This document shows positions 11,705 through 25,381 of a DNA stretch of 64,000 nt, in pieces. A program made the position numbers and the translations under genes. Every line of letters starts with the position of its first letter. Positions within the stretch are counted from its first letter, which is position 1. The stretch is from Bilabrum cf. latius. Taxonomy: Eukaryota. Under the pieces are notes generated by a model. The model searched no databases, was not told the origin of the DNA, and saw nothing but the letters and a program-made list of their open reading frames with translations. Location: contig OZ237737.1 in NCBI GenBank assembly GCA_965178125.1, forward strand, positions 372,001-436,000. Reading direction: 5' to 3'.

Positions 11705-12525
11705 ATGACAAAGACGGGTAGGTCTGGATCAAGAGCGAGGTAGAGGAAAGGGGATTCAGTGCAGGATCTGGATGTGCCGGCTTAGCGCACTAATTTGGTA
11801 AGAATTCAGCCATGATTTCCCCCCATTGGCTGGCAATCTAATTATTTCGAAATGATTACTACTTTTTCAAAATTAGTGTGCAGGAAGATGATCCCGTTGT
11901 AGTCAGGACGACCGAGCAAAATCCAGTTGCGGCGACCCCTGCCTCGTCTGGGACGATCCAGCAAGTCCCTCTCGACAATGGCGAGAGGGCATCTCTGGAA
12001 TGTATCAGTATCATCGAGAATTTCGTCTTCCCTTGCTGTTGCCTCTGCAAGCTCTTCTCGACTTCGGTCTTGCTTTGTTGCAAACGCGACACAACTCTTC
12101 GAAGCGTTCATAGAGTTGCGGATGAGAATGGAAGCGTGCACGAACTGCCTGGTCAAGACAGCTGCTTCAGTGCCTGTTGCTCTCGGTTGATCACACAAAT
12201 AGTCATGAACATCATGGTAGGTGTGCTGGGCGGGAGCTCAGCCATGCTTGCCATTTCCATGGCTCTCGCATCGTGCACGCAGCTGGCGCAGTTCACTGAC
12301 TTTGGGCGCACGTTTACCCCCAACGCTTTCCTTCAGGCCCAGTTGGATTGCTTCGGTGCGGTCTATGGTGTGGTTCCTATGCTGCTGGCAGCATCTGCGG
12401 TACCAGTCTTGGCTCTCATGGTTTGGATCGCAATGACGGGAGGCACCCCAGGCGAGCAGATCATGGGCATCAAAGCCTTTCGCGGCGTATACAAGAGAAC
12501 TGGACCCAAGGCGAAGCAAGCTTGA
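11705..12525 (+). CDS. RDD-like membrane protein, 2 exons (11705-11797, 11884-12525)
   Basis: Hydrophobic helices and a GGTPGEQIMGIK motif resembling RDD GxTPGKxxxGI. Phase-0 intron GTAAGA..GTGCAG. Two TAGs in exon 1. Ends TGA. Confidence 0.65.
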
Positions 12526-12658
12526 GCGCTCCTTGCCGTGACGACACCGTCGATCAGATCAAGAGCATACCAGCCATGAGGCTACTGGCTAGATCTAGAG
12601 TGTTGTTGCATGCGACTTCGCGATGTATATGACAGCCACGCATCTGTTACGTTCCAGT

Positions 12659-13870
12659 TCACTTTCTGCCATCGGTGCCCCCGCCGTTTCCTCTCTGCTA
12701 GCTGCGACCGGAATCAGCTGCTCGCCCAGCCTTGGCCGCTGCCAGGCTGGGCACGAAGGCGTTCCTCAGCTGCTCGATCACGAGGAACAAAATGATGCTG
12801 TGCGGCATGATCCGACCAAAGTTAGGCCAGAACCCGCGCCACAGGATGCCCAGCCCATTCTCAGCCACGATGGTACGCAGGCAGTGCAGCGTGCTCCGGT
12901 ACTTGGTGCCTTTGCCGCTCTCGTCCAACGGCTGAGACATCAGGTGAGACTTGAGAACATCCGTGGGGCTGCTCGCCACCGTGGCCAGGAACCCGGCCAG
13001 GCCCGATGCTCCGAAATGCGTGACGATCGCGTCGGGAGCGAAGCCGAACCTTCTCACGAGCAGCTGCTTGGCCTCGTCGTATGTCGCAAGCTCAACGGAT
13101 GCTACCACGGCCGCCCTCTGCATGGTCGGCGACACTCCCGCGTACAATCCATTGATTCCTTCGCGCCTTGCGATGGAAGCAAGGGCGTGGAACACGTGTC
13201 TATACCTCGGCTTTGCCGCGGAGGCAGCCTGAGCTGTTGCGCCTGCTTGCGGAGCGCCGCTGCCTGCCCCGGGTGCCGTGGCCATTCCTTCAGCCTGCAT
13301 TCGGACCTTGACTACCTGCGACCCAGCGTGCGTGTGCGAGAAATTATTATAACAAGTGCATACTAATAGAGCTAGCATCGAGCTGACATGACTGTCTAGA
13401 CAAGGCACCGCCCTGCCAGCCTCAGTGCTGACGGGCGCGACGTTGCTGCTCCGAGGCAGCATTTCGATGCACTTTCTTACATCCGTAGGGTTGAACAATC
13501 CAGAAGCTAGGGCCCCACTCGTGACACCAGACAGCAGTTTCACGAGGATACCTGGATCTCGCTTTTTTCTGGAATCTTTTCCGTCCAGGATTCCTTGAAA
13601 GGTCTCTTTGATTGGCTCATACATTCCTATTCTAGCGCTTCCATACGTAGCTTGCCGCAACAGAGCTGGCTGCACGCCCTTCCATAGTGCAGGTACCCCT
13701 TCAGCCCGCACCGTGCGAACAAGCGCGTCCATAGAGGACTTGTAGACGCCAGCTCCAAGCTGGAGTCGAACTTTTACCACATCGATGGGAACAGTACAAA
13801 ATTCAGCGATACACGAAGCTATGCCAGAAAATAGGAACAATTGCACCGGCGAATCTGTTTTTAAAGACAT
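12659..13870 (-). CDS. Mitochondrial carrier family protein (UCP/oxoglutarate-carrier-like), intron 13480-13316
   Basis: Three PxDxxK signatures (PIDVVKVR, PTD|VVKVR, PTDVLKS), LRQATYGSARIGMYE, QRAAVV..ELATYD. Reading through the TAG at 12698 extends it to TGA at 12659. Confidence 0.92.
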
Positions 13871-14096
13871 GTCGTGGTCACCGGTCAGGAAGTGGATTTA
13901 GACTCAGATGCACGTCAATCCGAGCAGACTCCAGCGATAAATGCTTTCTCTATCCACCGATGCTTGTTGCCGCGTTTGAGTGGGAAGATTCGGTGTCTAC
14001 GCGCTGCTGCCCAAAGATCCATTGCCGAGGGCAAGATGACGAGCGAGCGGCAACAACATAACAAACTTGCAAGAAGTCCGAGTGCGCTCGGGTAGA

Positions 14097-17000
14097 ATGC
14101 GCACCAAGAAACGTAGTGCATGTATGCTCACTTCATCGTTTGGTAGGCCATATCAGCGCTCTCACCCGAGAACGACAGGGCTTGTTGCAGCAGTTGCATT
14201 TGCGTCCATGCTGCACGGGTCAACCACTAGCCTTACCATCTTTGACTAGAGGAAGGAAGGCAAGCTTTCTGAATCGTGGAAATCAACATGCTTGGCCCGC
14301 GTACTGCCTAGAGTCCATTCGACAGCCCTCCGAGCCATAGCGCACGACACGTTCAAATCAATCAGAACACAGGGCCTTAGCTTCAGCCAACAGATTGATT
14401 TTGAGAGTCTGCAACAATTCACTGAATCCTGGGCAAGTATTTCAGCAAACAGATCCGGTCAACCAGTTTCTGAATCGCCTGGGCTCGCAATGCTTGAGAA
14501 TTGCCTCGCGGCGCTTCCAGCTGCGGGAGGAGCGCAAGGCCCCAGGCTCTGGGACATCAATGGTGCAGGCCACCCGTCTGTGCAAGGCTTTTCAACACTT
14601 GCTAGTGCAGAGCCGGGGCACGAGATTGGCTTTAAAGTTCGCATTCGGCGCCAGCTGGACCCCGGGCTTTGGCACGGCGGCAGCGCCACGCCGACCCGAG
14701 GCGTGCCTGCTGCTAGCGGTGGCACCCGCAGCAGCATGAGCGCTGATTCCATGAGCGGCAGTGACAGCTCTAGCCTCTAGTCGCCGGGGTTGAGGATGGA
14801 CGTGTACAGGATGGGGTACTACGGCGGCAGGGGCGCAAGGCTCGTGGCCAGTGCGCGGGCGACTGCAAGTGCAGTGAAGCAGGCAGAATCTCAGCCGAAT
14901 TGCCGCAGGGAAGACAGCACGCTGCTCGTCGATTGCGGGAACTGGCACTAGACATTCACGTGGCGGGTGCCAGCGTATGCCGCGAGCGGTTTGTACGTCG
15001 CACGTTTTGTGAGGACCGTGCGACGCACACCTGTGCAGGATTCCCCAACCACGAGAGGCCCCAAGGCAGCAGGTTCCGCGGCCACTGGCGATTCCCTCGA
15101 TAGCCTGCGCACCTGGCGAGTGGATGCTGCGGCAGGCCCCTTGAACCCTCAATTCGCGAACCTGGACTGGGACTACAACCAGGCGCCGCCGTGCGGGTCG
15201 ACGCCCGCAGCGGAGTGCCTGCTGCGCGGCATGAGGAACGCGGGCGGGGCCAGGGACACAGCGCTCGGCAGGCATGCGGAGGAAAGCCAGGGAACTGTGC
15301 GGGGCGGTATGTCTGTGGAGCATCTCGTCGAACCCGTGGCATCCCACGCGTATTTCGTGGTGAGGGAGCCGCCTAGCTGGGCCGCCGCTCGAGCTAGACT
15401 GCAGGGGCTCGGTGCATCTGACGCTTCGTGGACTGCCGATGGTGGCAACCAGACCGAATGTGGCACTGATGGTAGAATCGATGAATCGTGTGGCAGTATC
15501 AACGACCCCAAGCGGGAGATGATGATCAGAGACGAGTTCCTACGAGCGACTGAGCCGTCGAACGTGCTGGCGCAGCTCAGCGATGTCACCTGGCGGGCCT
15601 ACAACTACTACGCCGGTCCGAATGCCTATGGCATGCGTCCACACGAGAGGCACAGGTGGTACAGTGTGCCAGGCAGTAGCGGTGCACCCGAGTGTGATGA
15701 AGTGCACGCCCAGAATGGCACCTCATCCGCTCGAATGAACGGTGCACCCGACCAATTTCCAGCGACGGATTGCCCCCCCGCCGCGTTCCAGGACGCTAGC
15801 AGGCGAGCTCACAAGATGTCGCTAAACACACCTCTTGTTGTCAGGGACCTACGCGGTATCAACGCCCCCTTTGGCGCAGACTATCCCGCTATACGCTGGC
15901 TCGAGAGATCGGGCTATTCAGTGGCATATTGGAGCGGTGTCGACACGCACTGCAGGGGCAGGCAGCTTGTCGGGGTGCAGAGACAATCAGCGCAGAGCGC
16001 TTACGGGAGTCATGTTACCGTGCAGCCGCCTCAATACTCTGTATTTCTCAGCCTTGGCCACGATGAGTACTGGAGCGAAAGACAGAGGCGCTGGGTGGAG
16101 CAGGCGCGTGATGGCGCAGGGATGGGCGTGCAAATGTGGTCCGGGAACGAGGTGTACTGGCGGGTGAGGTGGGAGGCAGGCACTGCGGGGCAGTACTCGT
16201 CGGCACAGGCAGGCTGCGACAGCTTGGACGTGAGGGATGGTCCGAGGTGGGCCTGTCCTTGCGAACCAACTGGATTGACAGGCAGCCGCCGCAGCCATGT
16301 TCGTGAAAGCACTGCAGAATCCAGCGACGCCCTCGCGTGCGGGATTCAGAGCATGCAGCCGCCCGCACCCGACGATCTGGGCGCTCACAGAGGCATGCCG
16401 CTCGACATCATGGCCAGTAGTACAAGTGCAGGCGCGCCCAACTCTGCGGGACGATGGTACCACACCAATGCTCTGTACGGCGCAAAGGAACGCCCTGCTT
16501 CGGCGAAAGGGGTGCTTTCAATGGAAGAGATGTGCAACCCGCGCACGTTGGTCGTGTTTAAGGAAACAGCTGCGCTGTCTAGGCTAGACGGAGCGGCACC
16601 TGCTTAGCCGCTGCTGAGCTCGTCAGCGTTGCCATCCGAAGCTGAGGCCGGTGCTGTGAATGTCCCACGTTCCGAGCAGCACTATGGTTGGACCGGTACT
16701 TTTCGGGACGACTCGTAGCACAGACACGAGGCACAGCACAATGATACAAAAGAACCTGCTGCTTTAGAACGTATTCCCGTGGATTCAAAGCCGGGTCAGA
16801 TTGGAGGGTCGGTCTGGATGGAAGGTGATCCGGCCCGCCCAGAGCAGTCGCTGACCGGGCAGAGCTGGAGAGTGAATGCCTACCGCAACGACCACCTGGA
16901 GCTAGGTGCAGCTGACGCAAAGCTAGCTTTCTGGAATGGGAGTGACGTTCAGCTTGGACTGAGGCGTGCCTGCTCTCGGCAAGAAGGCTCCCAAGAGGAC

Positions 17001-18557
17001 CACGGCAAGCAGAAGATGATCTGCCAGCTCGCTGGCGTTCTTAGCAAGGGACTGCTGGGCCACGAATGGGACGTGGACGAGGACCGCCCGGCGAGGCCAT
17101 CGGGCATCGTTAGGCTTTCTAGAACCACGGTGCACTCTGTCCTCGGGCTCACCGATAACGGGGCCACGTTTGACACGCAGAGTGCCACGCACCACCTTGT
17201 CATGTACAGGGCAAGGGGGCCTCCATGGATGTGCCAAGTGCTACTGGACTAGTTACAGCAGCAGGGGTAGACGCCCGAGACAGGGTCTGACAGAGGCACC
17301 CGTCGCCCCGGCTTGAACTACACTGGCGTGCTGGACGTCAGCGCGTGGACTGAGAGGTGCTCGCGCTTCATGCCAGCTCTAGCCCATGCAGCTGCGGCCA
17401 GCTCGGAGCCGGATCAAGGCGCCTTGGTGTTTGGAGCTGGCACGGTGCAGTACTCCTGGGGCCTTTCTGCAGTCCACGATCGACCTACGGGTGCTCCAAC
17501 ATTCGCTGAGTCTGATGTGAACGCCAGGATCGGGGTCGATCAGGACGGGGCGGATCCGTCGATCCAGGCACTGACGCAAAACACGCTGAGAATGCAGGGC
17601 GTGACTCCATGGGGAGCTCCTCCGGCGAGTCCGCTCAGCGCATACCAACCACTCGAAAGCGGTGGATCTATGAGGCCTTTTTCTCGCGTGATAGCAGTGG
17701 GAATCTACGCCAGCTTGGAGGGTAGATCTGGCGCCAGGCTGGCACCTGCTGCACTGGAGTATTCGTCTCGGAGCAGCATTCCTACAGCAGCCGAGCTGCT
17801 GCAGGTAGCGCGACGCAGCGAAGTGCGCGCTGTTGCCTTAGCATCAGCGAGAGCCGGCGGAGTCGCGCCGGATACCGAGCAAGATGCACCCCAGGTGGCT
17901 GGTCTAGACGTGTCACTGGACGGCGGCAGCCGCTGGCATGGCGCCGACCGACTGGACAATATGCTGAGCAGCACCATGTTTGGCATCGCAAGCAAGTGTG
18001 CCGTGCGCGAGCTCGCATCCTCGGCCACGTCCTTGCACCCTGCTACCGGTCAGCGGCGCCGCGATGTGCATGGTTCTGCCCATCATCTGGAACGCATGTG
18101 CCGGAACACGACGTGGCTCGCTCACTGGGCGCAAGCACAGTCCTTGCCTACAAATATTTCCGGGGAGGACAGTCTGTGGGTGGTGGAGCTGAGCGCTGCT
18201 GAGCTCGCCATGGATCTGCTCGAGATGGAGGACCTTGAGATGAGGTGGGCGGCTGCACGCGGAGAGCGGCGGGTCTAGAGCTCGAGCAATGCCAATAAGG
18301 GTATGCATTCTGGCAGCTACGAGCGATTCAACAGCGGTCGAGACATGTTGAGAACAGTCTTGCAGCGCACAATCCTACAGGACGGCCAGGTCGGCTAGCT
18401 CAAAGGTGATGCTGCGACAGGCACAGAAGAACGGATGCTTGAGACAGGGCGGCCCATTGTTGGTCCAGAGAGCGCATTCCGTAGCAACAGTGTCCTGCTT
18501 GCTGCGAGATCCAGGGCGGTGGACGACCGAATGACGGAGGAGTCGGTGACCCCATGA
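14097..18557 (+). CDS. Intronless ~1480-aa N,N-dimethylformamidase beta-subunit-like (DUF6605-type) protein
   Basis: One frame with 9 TAGs (14247, 14778, 14949, 16605, 16716, 17250, 17268, 18276, 18396). Motifs DVYRMGYYGGRGARLV, VDCGNW, TWRAYNYY, GHDEYWS, SGNEVYWRVR, WTGTFRD, LGHEWD, GALVFGAGTVQYSWGL, VSLDGG, RSRAVDD. Start is 14097 or 14124. Confidence 0.85.
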
Positions 18558-18814
18558 GTCGTGGATGGGTGGGCGGGCCAAGTGGTGTGTCCGGGCCTGG
18601 CCTACCACAGGTGCAGCCGCCTCCCACGGGGCACTTTTACGTAGACAGAGCGCCGTGCGAAGCAATGGTTCAGTTTGACCAGAGAAAGAAACATGACATG
18701 ATCCAGACTGTTCAAATGTGTGTGCAAGGCACTGACTGACAAAGCTTTTCAGGCCAACCCACCCGCCCTCATTCCGCTGACTGCAGCCCACGGCCCTTCC
18801 CTCGCCTGTGCGCC

Positions 18815-20231
18815 TCATTTGGACCGTTCCACCACCATCTGCGCCAGGGCGGCCAGTGCGCTCCTGTACGGCCCGGGCGCCAGCGGCCGGAGCGATTCCA
18901 GGGCGGCCTATGCGTGAGCCACGGCCAGCTGCTTTGCTCTGTCCAGGCCGTCCGACTGCTCTACCAAGCTCACCGCCAAAGCCAAATCACCATCGTTCGC
19001 AAACTTTCGCTCCATGAGCGGCATGATCCTGTGCGGGTACTTCCTGCAAGCGAACAGCAGCGGCGCGGTTGAGATGCCTTGCTTTGCATCGGCCATGGCT
19101 GGCTTGCCGAGCGATTCAGAGGTGCCTTCAAAGTCGAGACAGTCGTCAATTAGCTGAAATGCGAGGCCAACGTGCTTGCCATATGCATACGCCGCATCCA
19201 CGACGTGCGCGGGGCTGCCTGCAAGCAGCGCAGATGCCTTGCATGCGTTCGCGACAAGGCTGGCTGTCTTGTAGAATGACTTGCGGAGGTAGAGCTCGAA
19301 GGCCTCTTCGTGGGCCGAAGGGTCCTCCACGCTCTTGCCGGCGAATGCCGCCTGCATTTGCAGGACCTCCCCTTTCACCAGGTGCTCGATCACTGTGGAG
19401 AGCAGCTCCACGGCCGGGGCATGTCTCAATCGAGCCAGCGACACAGACGCCCTCGCCAGGATGAAGTCGCCTGCCAGCACGGCCAGCTTGTTCCCAAAGG
19501 CGGCATTGACTGACGGCGATCCTCGTCTTGTATCGGACGAGTCCACTACATCGTCGTGCAGCAGAGAAGCAGTGTGGATGAGCTCAGTGATCTCTGCAAG
19601 CCGTCGCTGTGTGGAGGCAACGTGGGCGGCGGCGCTATCGCCGCTTATTCTGATCGCGCTCTGCGTCTACTCTGCAGACCAAGCAGCTTCTTCCTACGAG
19701 CACTACTCGATGGCACCGACGTAATTCGACACCACGACCTGCTTGGCGCCGTACCCCTCTAGCGTGCCCTCTGGCGACACCCCCGTGTCTCGGATGGCCC
19801 CCGACATGAGCAGCACCATGGTGGGCCTGACCTTCTTGCCGCCGTCCCTCTGAAACAAATAGGATGACACGGTGTGCAGCACGGGGTGGTCCACGCCGAG
19901 CAGTTCCTGGATTGAGGTGCCCATGGAGCCGATGTCATCCGCGACTAGGGCGAAGGGGTCGGGCAGCTGACCGTCCGCGGCCTCCAAGAACATGTCCGTC
20001 TCAAGTCGCAGCCTGTAGAATTCAGGGTAGTTCAGGCGCAGATCATGCCAGTAAAGTAATTATTAAGGTACTTGGGCAACCGACGTGACGCAAACCTTGC
20101 CAAAAGGGGTACTTGTATACTCACGATGGCACCACTTCATCTGGCTTCGGCGACTGCTCGTCAAGTGCAATCCCGCCACCACGAAGCAAACTGTCAAGCT
20201 CTGGGTCATTTATCCGTAGAATAGGTTCATC
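18815..20231 (-). CDS. Trans-prenyltransferase (solanesyl/decaprenyl diphosphate synthase, COQ1/PDSS1-like); exons 20231-20125 and 20012-18815; first exon unresolved
   Basis: GGKKVRP, RLAEITELIHTASLLHDDVVD..RRG, GNKLAVLAGDF, KTASL, FQLIDD. TAG at 19703, 19694, 19667 and 18908. Read-through restores the typical C-terminal helix (SALAALAQMVVERSK, TGA). Confidence 0.92.
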
Positions 20232-20683
20232 CTGCGCGATATGTCGTGAATCGCCTTTTCGGCACGCCGATACACTCACATAGTACATTGGTCACCGAGG
20301 GGCAAAAGAGCATACTTCTTACGATGATGCTTCGCTAGCTGCTACTCGACTAGCTTGTACAGCTATAGAAAGAGGTTGTGTGGATATGCGAGCGAGTGGG
20401 GTTCTACACGCGATTGCTTCGCAAACGCCGCACGCACTACGGCAACTACCTTCGGACAACACGCATGACAGCTCTGTTCATTATCAAACAGACAGAGGGC
20501 GCGAACGGTTTCAACGCAATACTACTTCCATCAACTGTCAACTGGTTCGAAAACGATTTCGAGCAGAAATGTCCAATAAGGATTTCGTTGTTCGCGATCG
20601 GTTGTAACCATTCAATTTGAATGTAAGGTGTACATTTACGTCTGGATCTTGTTTCTTCTCACAGTTTTCCTACAAGCTGGAGT

Positions 20684-21121
20684 ATGGCGAGTGGTGTAGC
20701 GTTTTTCGGTGGAGTAAGCCCTTGCTACAAGTTTTGGGTAGGATTTTCCGAGTGCATGGTGAGAAAGAAGATATCATTAGGGTCGTAGGAAGGGCATGCT
20801 GATTGTGCTGCTCAATGCTTGCTTCTTTTTTGGTAACTTGCCGAAGCCATTTACCGCAGAGAAACTCAAAGACCCAGCAGTTCTGCAAATTGGAAAGATC
20901 GGATTATGTGGAGTGCGTCCGAAAGTCCGAGCTCGTGAGGGAATGTGTCCAAACTTGCCACGCACTTGTGTCTGCCCGATTGAGCCAAGGCGATTGTCAT
21001 TCGGTGAGCTCTCTTATCAACTCGCGCGCAGATGAAGAAGTATGCCAAGGTGTATGATGCCAGAATGAAGCAGTTGCAGAAGGAGAGTGGGGTTGCGGTC
21101 GATGAAGGCCACGGACACTGA
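20684..21121 (+). CDS. NDUFS5: NADH:ubiquinone oxidoreductase 15-kDa subunit, 3 exons (20684-20758, 20860-20934, 21032-21121)
   Basis: Spliced product MASGVAFFGGVSPCYKFWVGFSECM-RNSKTQQFCKLERSDYVECVRKSEL-MKKYAK... has the twin CX9C pattern and two phase-0 GT-AG introns. Confidence 0.85.
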
Positions 21122-21214
21122 GACTGGCATGCGGCATGCTTCGTAGTCATATGATTCATGAGATTCTTAGTCCACGCCAATAGATCTCTAAGTGTTTTAA
21201 ACTGTTGCTTATGC

Positions 21215-24200
21215 TCATTGCTGCGAGCCAGAGTCTCCTCGGGCTGTACCTTTAGCACCAGGCTGCAGCGACTGCAGCATACCACGGGCTGGCACAGGCC
21301 TCTGCACGCCGGCCGCCGACCGCGAAGAGGGAGCACCTGAAGCCCCCCTATACCCTCCAGTTCCACCTCGTGATGCCTGCATCGCATGGCTGTTCCCTGC
21401 GCTTGATCCTCGCATCAGCAGCATGGGGCTTCCCCCAATCCGCCCACGGGAACAGTGCCCCGTGATGCTGGCACTGCTTGCAACGCCCCCCGCTTGGCGC
21501 GAAGCGCCCCGTCCGTGAGCATGCCCCCGCCCTTGCCCCTGCTCCCGCCCTTGGCTATGCCCCTCCCACCCGTGCGGCGGTGTCTGGATGCTCATCTCCT
21601 GCAGCCCCCTCCATAGCGGCGACATGCTGCTGCCAGGCCGCGTCGATTGGGCCTCGATTGCATTAGACCCGCCCTGTCCATTCGTCCCGGGAGTCACATT
21701 CCTTTCACTGCCCCCTCGAAATCGACCACGAGCGTGGATAGGTGGTTTTCGCCCAATCGCTAAGAGCCCTCGGGGTCCCGCTCGGCCAGGTGCATTGGTG
21801 GCATAACTGGCATGCGCTGCTGGAGTCTTCCCCACCATCGCGGCCCTTGGAGCAGTGAGCCGCTGCAGCAGAGACACTGAGCCCCCCAGCTGCGACGTGC
21901 CATGCTCCCCGTACACATCAGAGGGGTCTTGTTCTCTGGAGACGTGCGAGTTGGAGCGGCCAGCACCCGTACCACTGCCACTGCCACTGCCACTGCCACT
22001 GCCACTGCCACTGCCACTGCCACTGCCACTGCCACTGCCACTGCCACTGCCAGCCCCCCCCCGCGAAAGACGCATCAGCACGCTGCCGCTGCAAGCCGTC
22101 GTGCCAGCACCGCCTGAGCTACTCACTGCTTCTGCGTGGTCCGTGCTGCCGCTAAATGACACCGAGCGGCTGCGCTGCCGGTGTCCGCTGCGCCGGCCGT
22201 GGTCGGTGGGCTGGGGCATGCATGCCGCCCCGCTGTCCAGCCGGATGGCATCGGGGAGTGGCAGCTCCCCCCGTGGACCCCCAAGAGCCGTCGGTGACTG
22301 CCTGGGGGAGCCCATGGTGAATGGGCCGATGCTGGGGGAGACGAGGCCCCTACTCGTGCTGCTTCCAGGCCGCCCCAGTCTCGAAGACCCTCGTGCCTGA
22401 GCCAGCACGCTCGCAGCAGCGGCCACTGGCCTCGTCTGGCCGGGCCTACCGGGAGACGTACTCAGCGTCCCGCTTGCTCCCTGCGTTTGCGCCTCGCCAT
22501 CCATCGCTGTGGATGGGGCGAGAAGGCCGGCCAGCACGCTTCCGGAGGTGGGTGTGGCGCTCCTCGATCCACCGCTTCGCGCCCTCCATTCGCCGTGTGA
22601 GCCAGAGGACGCGCTGCCGTTGCTGTTCCCCGGCCTCATGTCTTCTGCATGGGCGTGCCATCGTCCATGGTGGATGTCGTCTAGCTGCGAGTCTCCCAGC
22701 CTGCTCGGCTCTATCCTCACGCTGAATGCCTTGCCCTGGGCAGCTAGGCCGCCGCCACGCGAAATGCCTTGCAGGCCGCACACCTCGTCGTCCTCATCTT
22801 CGTCCTCGTCATCGTCCTCCTCCACTTCCTTGCCGCGGAAATCTCCACTACCACTGCTGACTTCATCTTCATCGTCAAACTCATCGTCGCCATCGTCCAC
22901 CATGTGGCCAGCATTACGTGCCTCCATCCCAGGCACTTTGCCAGCCTTGGCCGGCATAGCGACGATTCCAATCCGCTCCATGGACTCATGGCCAGACGTT
23001 ACCCCACTGCCGCCCCACCCTGCCAAGCCATCACCATGCATGCCGGTGGCAAACGATCTCCCCTCGTTGCTGTCGATCATCTCACCATCGGACCCAACGT
23101 CATCCACAGGACTTGCACGAGCAGCGTAGAATCGGTGTCCTCCGGCGGTTGAGTCCGCACAAGACTGCCTCCCGGCAGACAACCTGCCTTGGCCAGCCCC
23201 GGCCTGCATTTCGGATGGCGCTGAACCGTGGATGAAGTGTCCATGCGGCGGCTGCCACAGCGGTCTGCTCGAAGACTCGCTGCGGTGCTCATCCATGGGT
23301 GCCCTGGGCACTGGCACGTGCAGCCTGCCAAAGGACGCAGTACCTGCACCTGCACCTGCACCTGCATCACCATCGTCCATGCCCACCTGAGAGCCACTAC
23401 CCGCGTGCCAGTAGTTGCCTCGTCCATCAGGCCCCGGCTTGGATAGCCTATGCCTATGCCCTTGGTGTTCCTACCACCGCCGGAAACCTCGGGACCGACC
23501 GATCCCGTTCCCGTTCCCGCTCCCGCGCCCCGGCCCCGGCGCCCGACCGGTTTCAACTTGCTGCGACTGCTGCACCCGCACGGTCCACCCCTGCCTGTGG
23601 TTCAGGCCGCTTCCCGGACTGAACCACGCGGGTTCAGACGCGACACTCCCGTTGTCCGACATGGCCAAGCCTCCGTCAGATCCCCTCGAGCTGGATCCCC
23701 GAGACATGCCCTGAGACCCCACGGCTGCTGACGGCAAGGGACTCTAGGCGTTGCTCCCGGAATCAGCGAGGGAGAGCGGACCAGAGATCGGACCGGTTCC
23801 AATGGGACCCCCGTGTCCGCTCGATCCAGAGTCTGTTCGACGGAACGCCAGACGGGCATTCCGCCCATGATCTGATTGCACCCAAGCAGATCCTGCACTT
23901 CGCCATGCGCGGGCTGCTCGTTGGCCTATGGGTGTGCTGGCCTGCGCGGCGGGTGGCCGCACTCTGTCGTGACGAGTGAGCGTTCCCCCGAACCCATCTG
24001 CAGTTGACCAAGCTCCGGACACTGCGTCTGCAGCGAAGCGCGGCCGCAGGGCCCTGCCCTCGGATCCGCTTCCTCCACCCCCTTGCGGACTGGCCGTGTG
24101 TCCCGCTGGCAGGGCGGGAGACCCCCCCTCACGCCCATCGCCATGCCCAATTCCGTCTTCATGCCCAGGCTTACTTGTCGCCCTAGCGGGCCGAGGAGCC

Positions 24201-25381
24201 ACCAAGGCAGCTGAGCCGGCCTCGGCAGACCCGCCACGGACCTCGTCCATGCCGGTGCCTGTGCCGGGCCTCGCACCCTGTGGATCATCTCCGCCGTAAC
24301 CCATACCCCCTTGCCCTCGGCGACTCACGCCCAAGGGACCCTAACCCCTTGAGAGCTGTGGGCCGGCAAGGCGTCCTCGCGGGGGGGAATCCGGCGCTGT
24401 GCCGGCCACAAGGGGAGGAGAAGCCACCCCACCGCCGGTCTGCCTCAGTCGCGACGCCTGGGAGACGTGCCTTGCTCGCTGTCGGGAGGTCACACTCCTC
24501 CGGAAGCTCTGACGTGGCGCGCTGCCGCTGGAAATTCGGCTGAATGCCTTCGATTCGCCTGCTGCGGCAGCGGTCGTAGATGAGGGGGGGGCCTCCCGTT
24601 GGCTGCTTCGGCTGGGGATGCGAGCACCGCTGCGCGAGCGAGCGCCTGCACGTGAGTACAAGGAACAATCGCTGGCTGAACGTTGCAGCGGTGGGCGCAT
24701 CGCGGCGGTACTCCTGTGCTGGTGCTGTTGCTGGTGCTATTGCAAGCTCGGAGACATTGGCGGGCTGCTCTTGGGGATCGTTGAAACCCCCGCTGCTGCC
24801 CCTTGAGCATGGCGCAAGCGGTGGGGCTCTACCGAAGCAGGAAAATCGATCTGATGGCCAGATTTGCCTTGTCTATCTTCCGAACTATCAGCGCCAGTGG
24901 CTGCTAATGGAAACAGCGACGTGCTATCCACGCCACTTGCTGTGCTGGCTATCGCGTCATGCTTGAAAGCGGCCCCCACTCGTAGCCTCCTCTAGGCTTG
25001 CTATGGTCGTTGACATGCTGACAGCAGCGACCAGGCAGATGAACTCGATGGAGAAGCTCCTGCATGGTGCGGTACCGCCGCCGTGCTACCATTGTCCGGG
25101 AGTCCGTGTCCGTCCGACAAAGCGGCAGAGCGGGACATGTGGTGCCAATGAGACGTACTATGGTCTACGAAATCAGGAGCTCCTGCCACAAGGGCTCCAT
25201 CATCTATTTGCGGCCTGCCTGAACGCCCAACAGAATGAGACACGTCTCCAACTCTGCTTCGCTTGGCAGAGGTACCAGCTGACCCCACACTCTCTCTACC
25301 TCGCTTACCAGTCAGTACTGGCGAATCAACGCTTTCATATATGGCATCAGCGTGGGGATTTTCCGGCCGCTAGACCTCCAT
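21215..25381 (-). CDS. Large low-complexity (G/S/A/R-rich) hypothetical protein, about 1390 aa; 5' end uncertain
   Basis: Six ORF-track fragments share one frame and are separated only by TAG, one within a Q/H tract (CAA TAG CAC CAG CAA CAG). Ends TGA. Confidence 0.7.
21972..22049. repeat. (CCACTG)13 microsatellite encoding a Gly-Ser tract on the minus strand
   Basis: Perfect hexamer tandem repeat. Confidence 0.95.

Noticed and set aside
19660-19710. TAG-containing stretches as unspliced in-frame introns
   Set aside because: Possible for isolated cases such as this insertion, but most TAGs lie within conserved motifs with no flanking GT-AG. Real introns here are recognisable separately.
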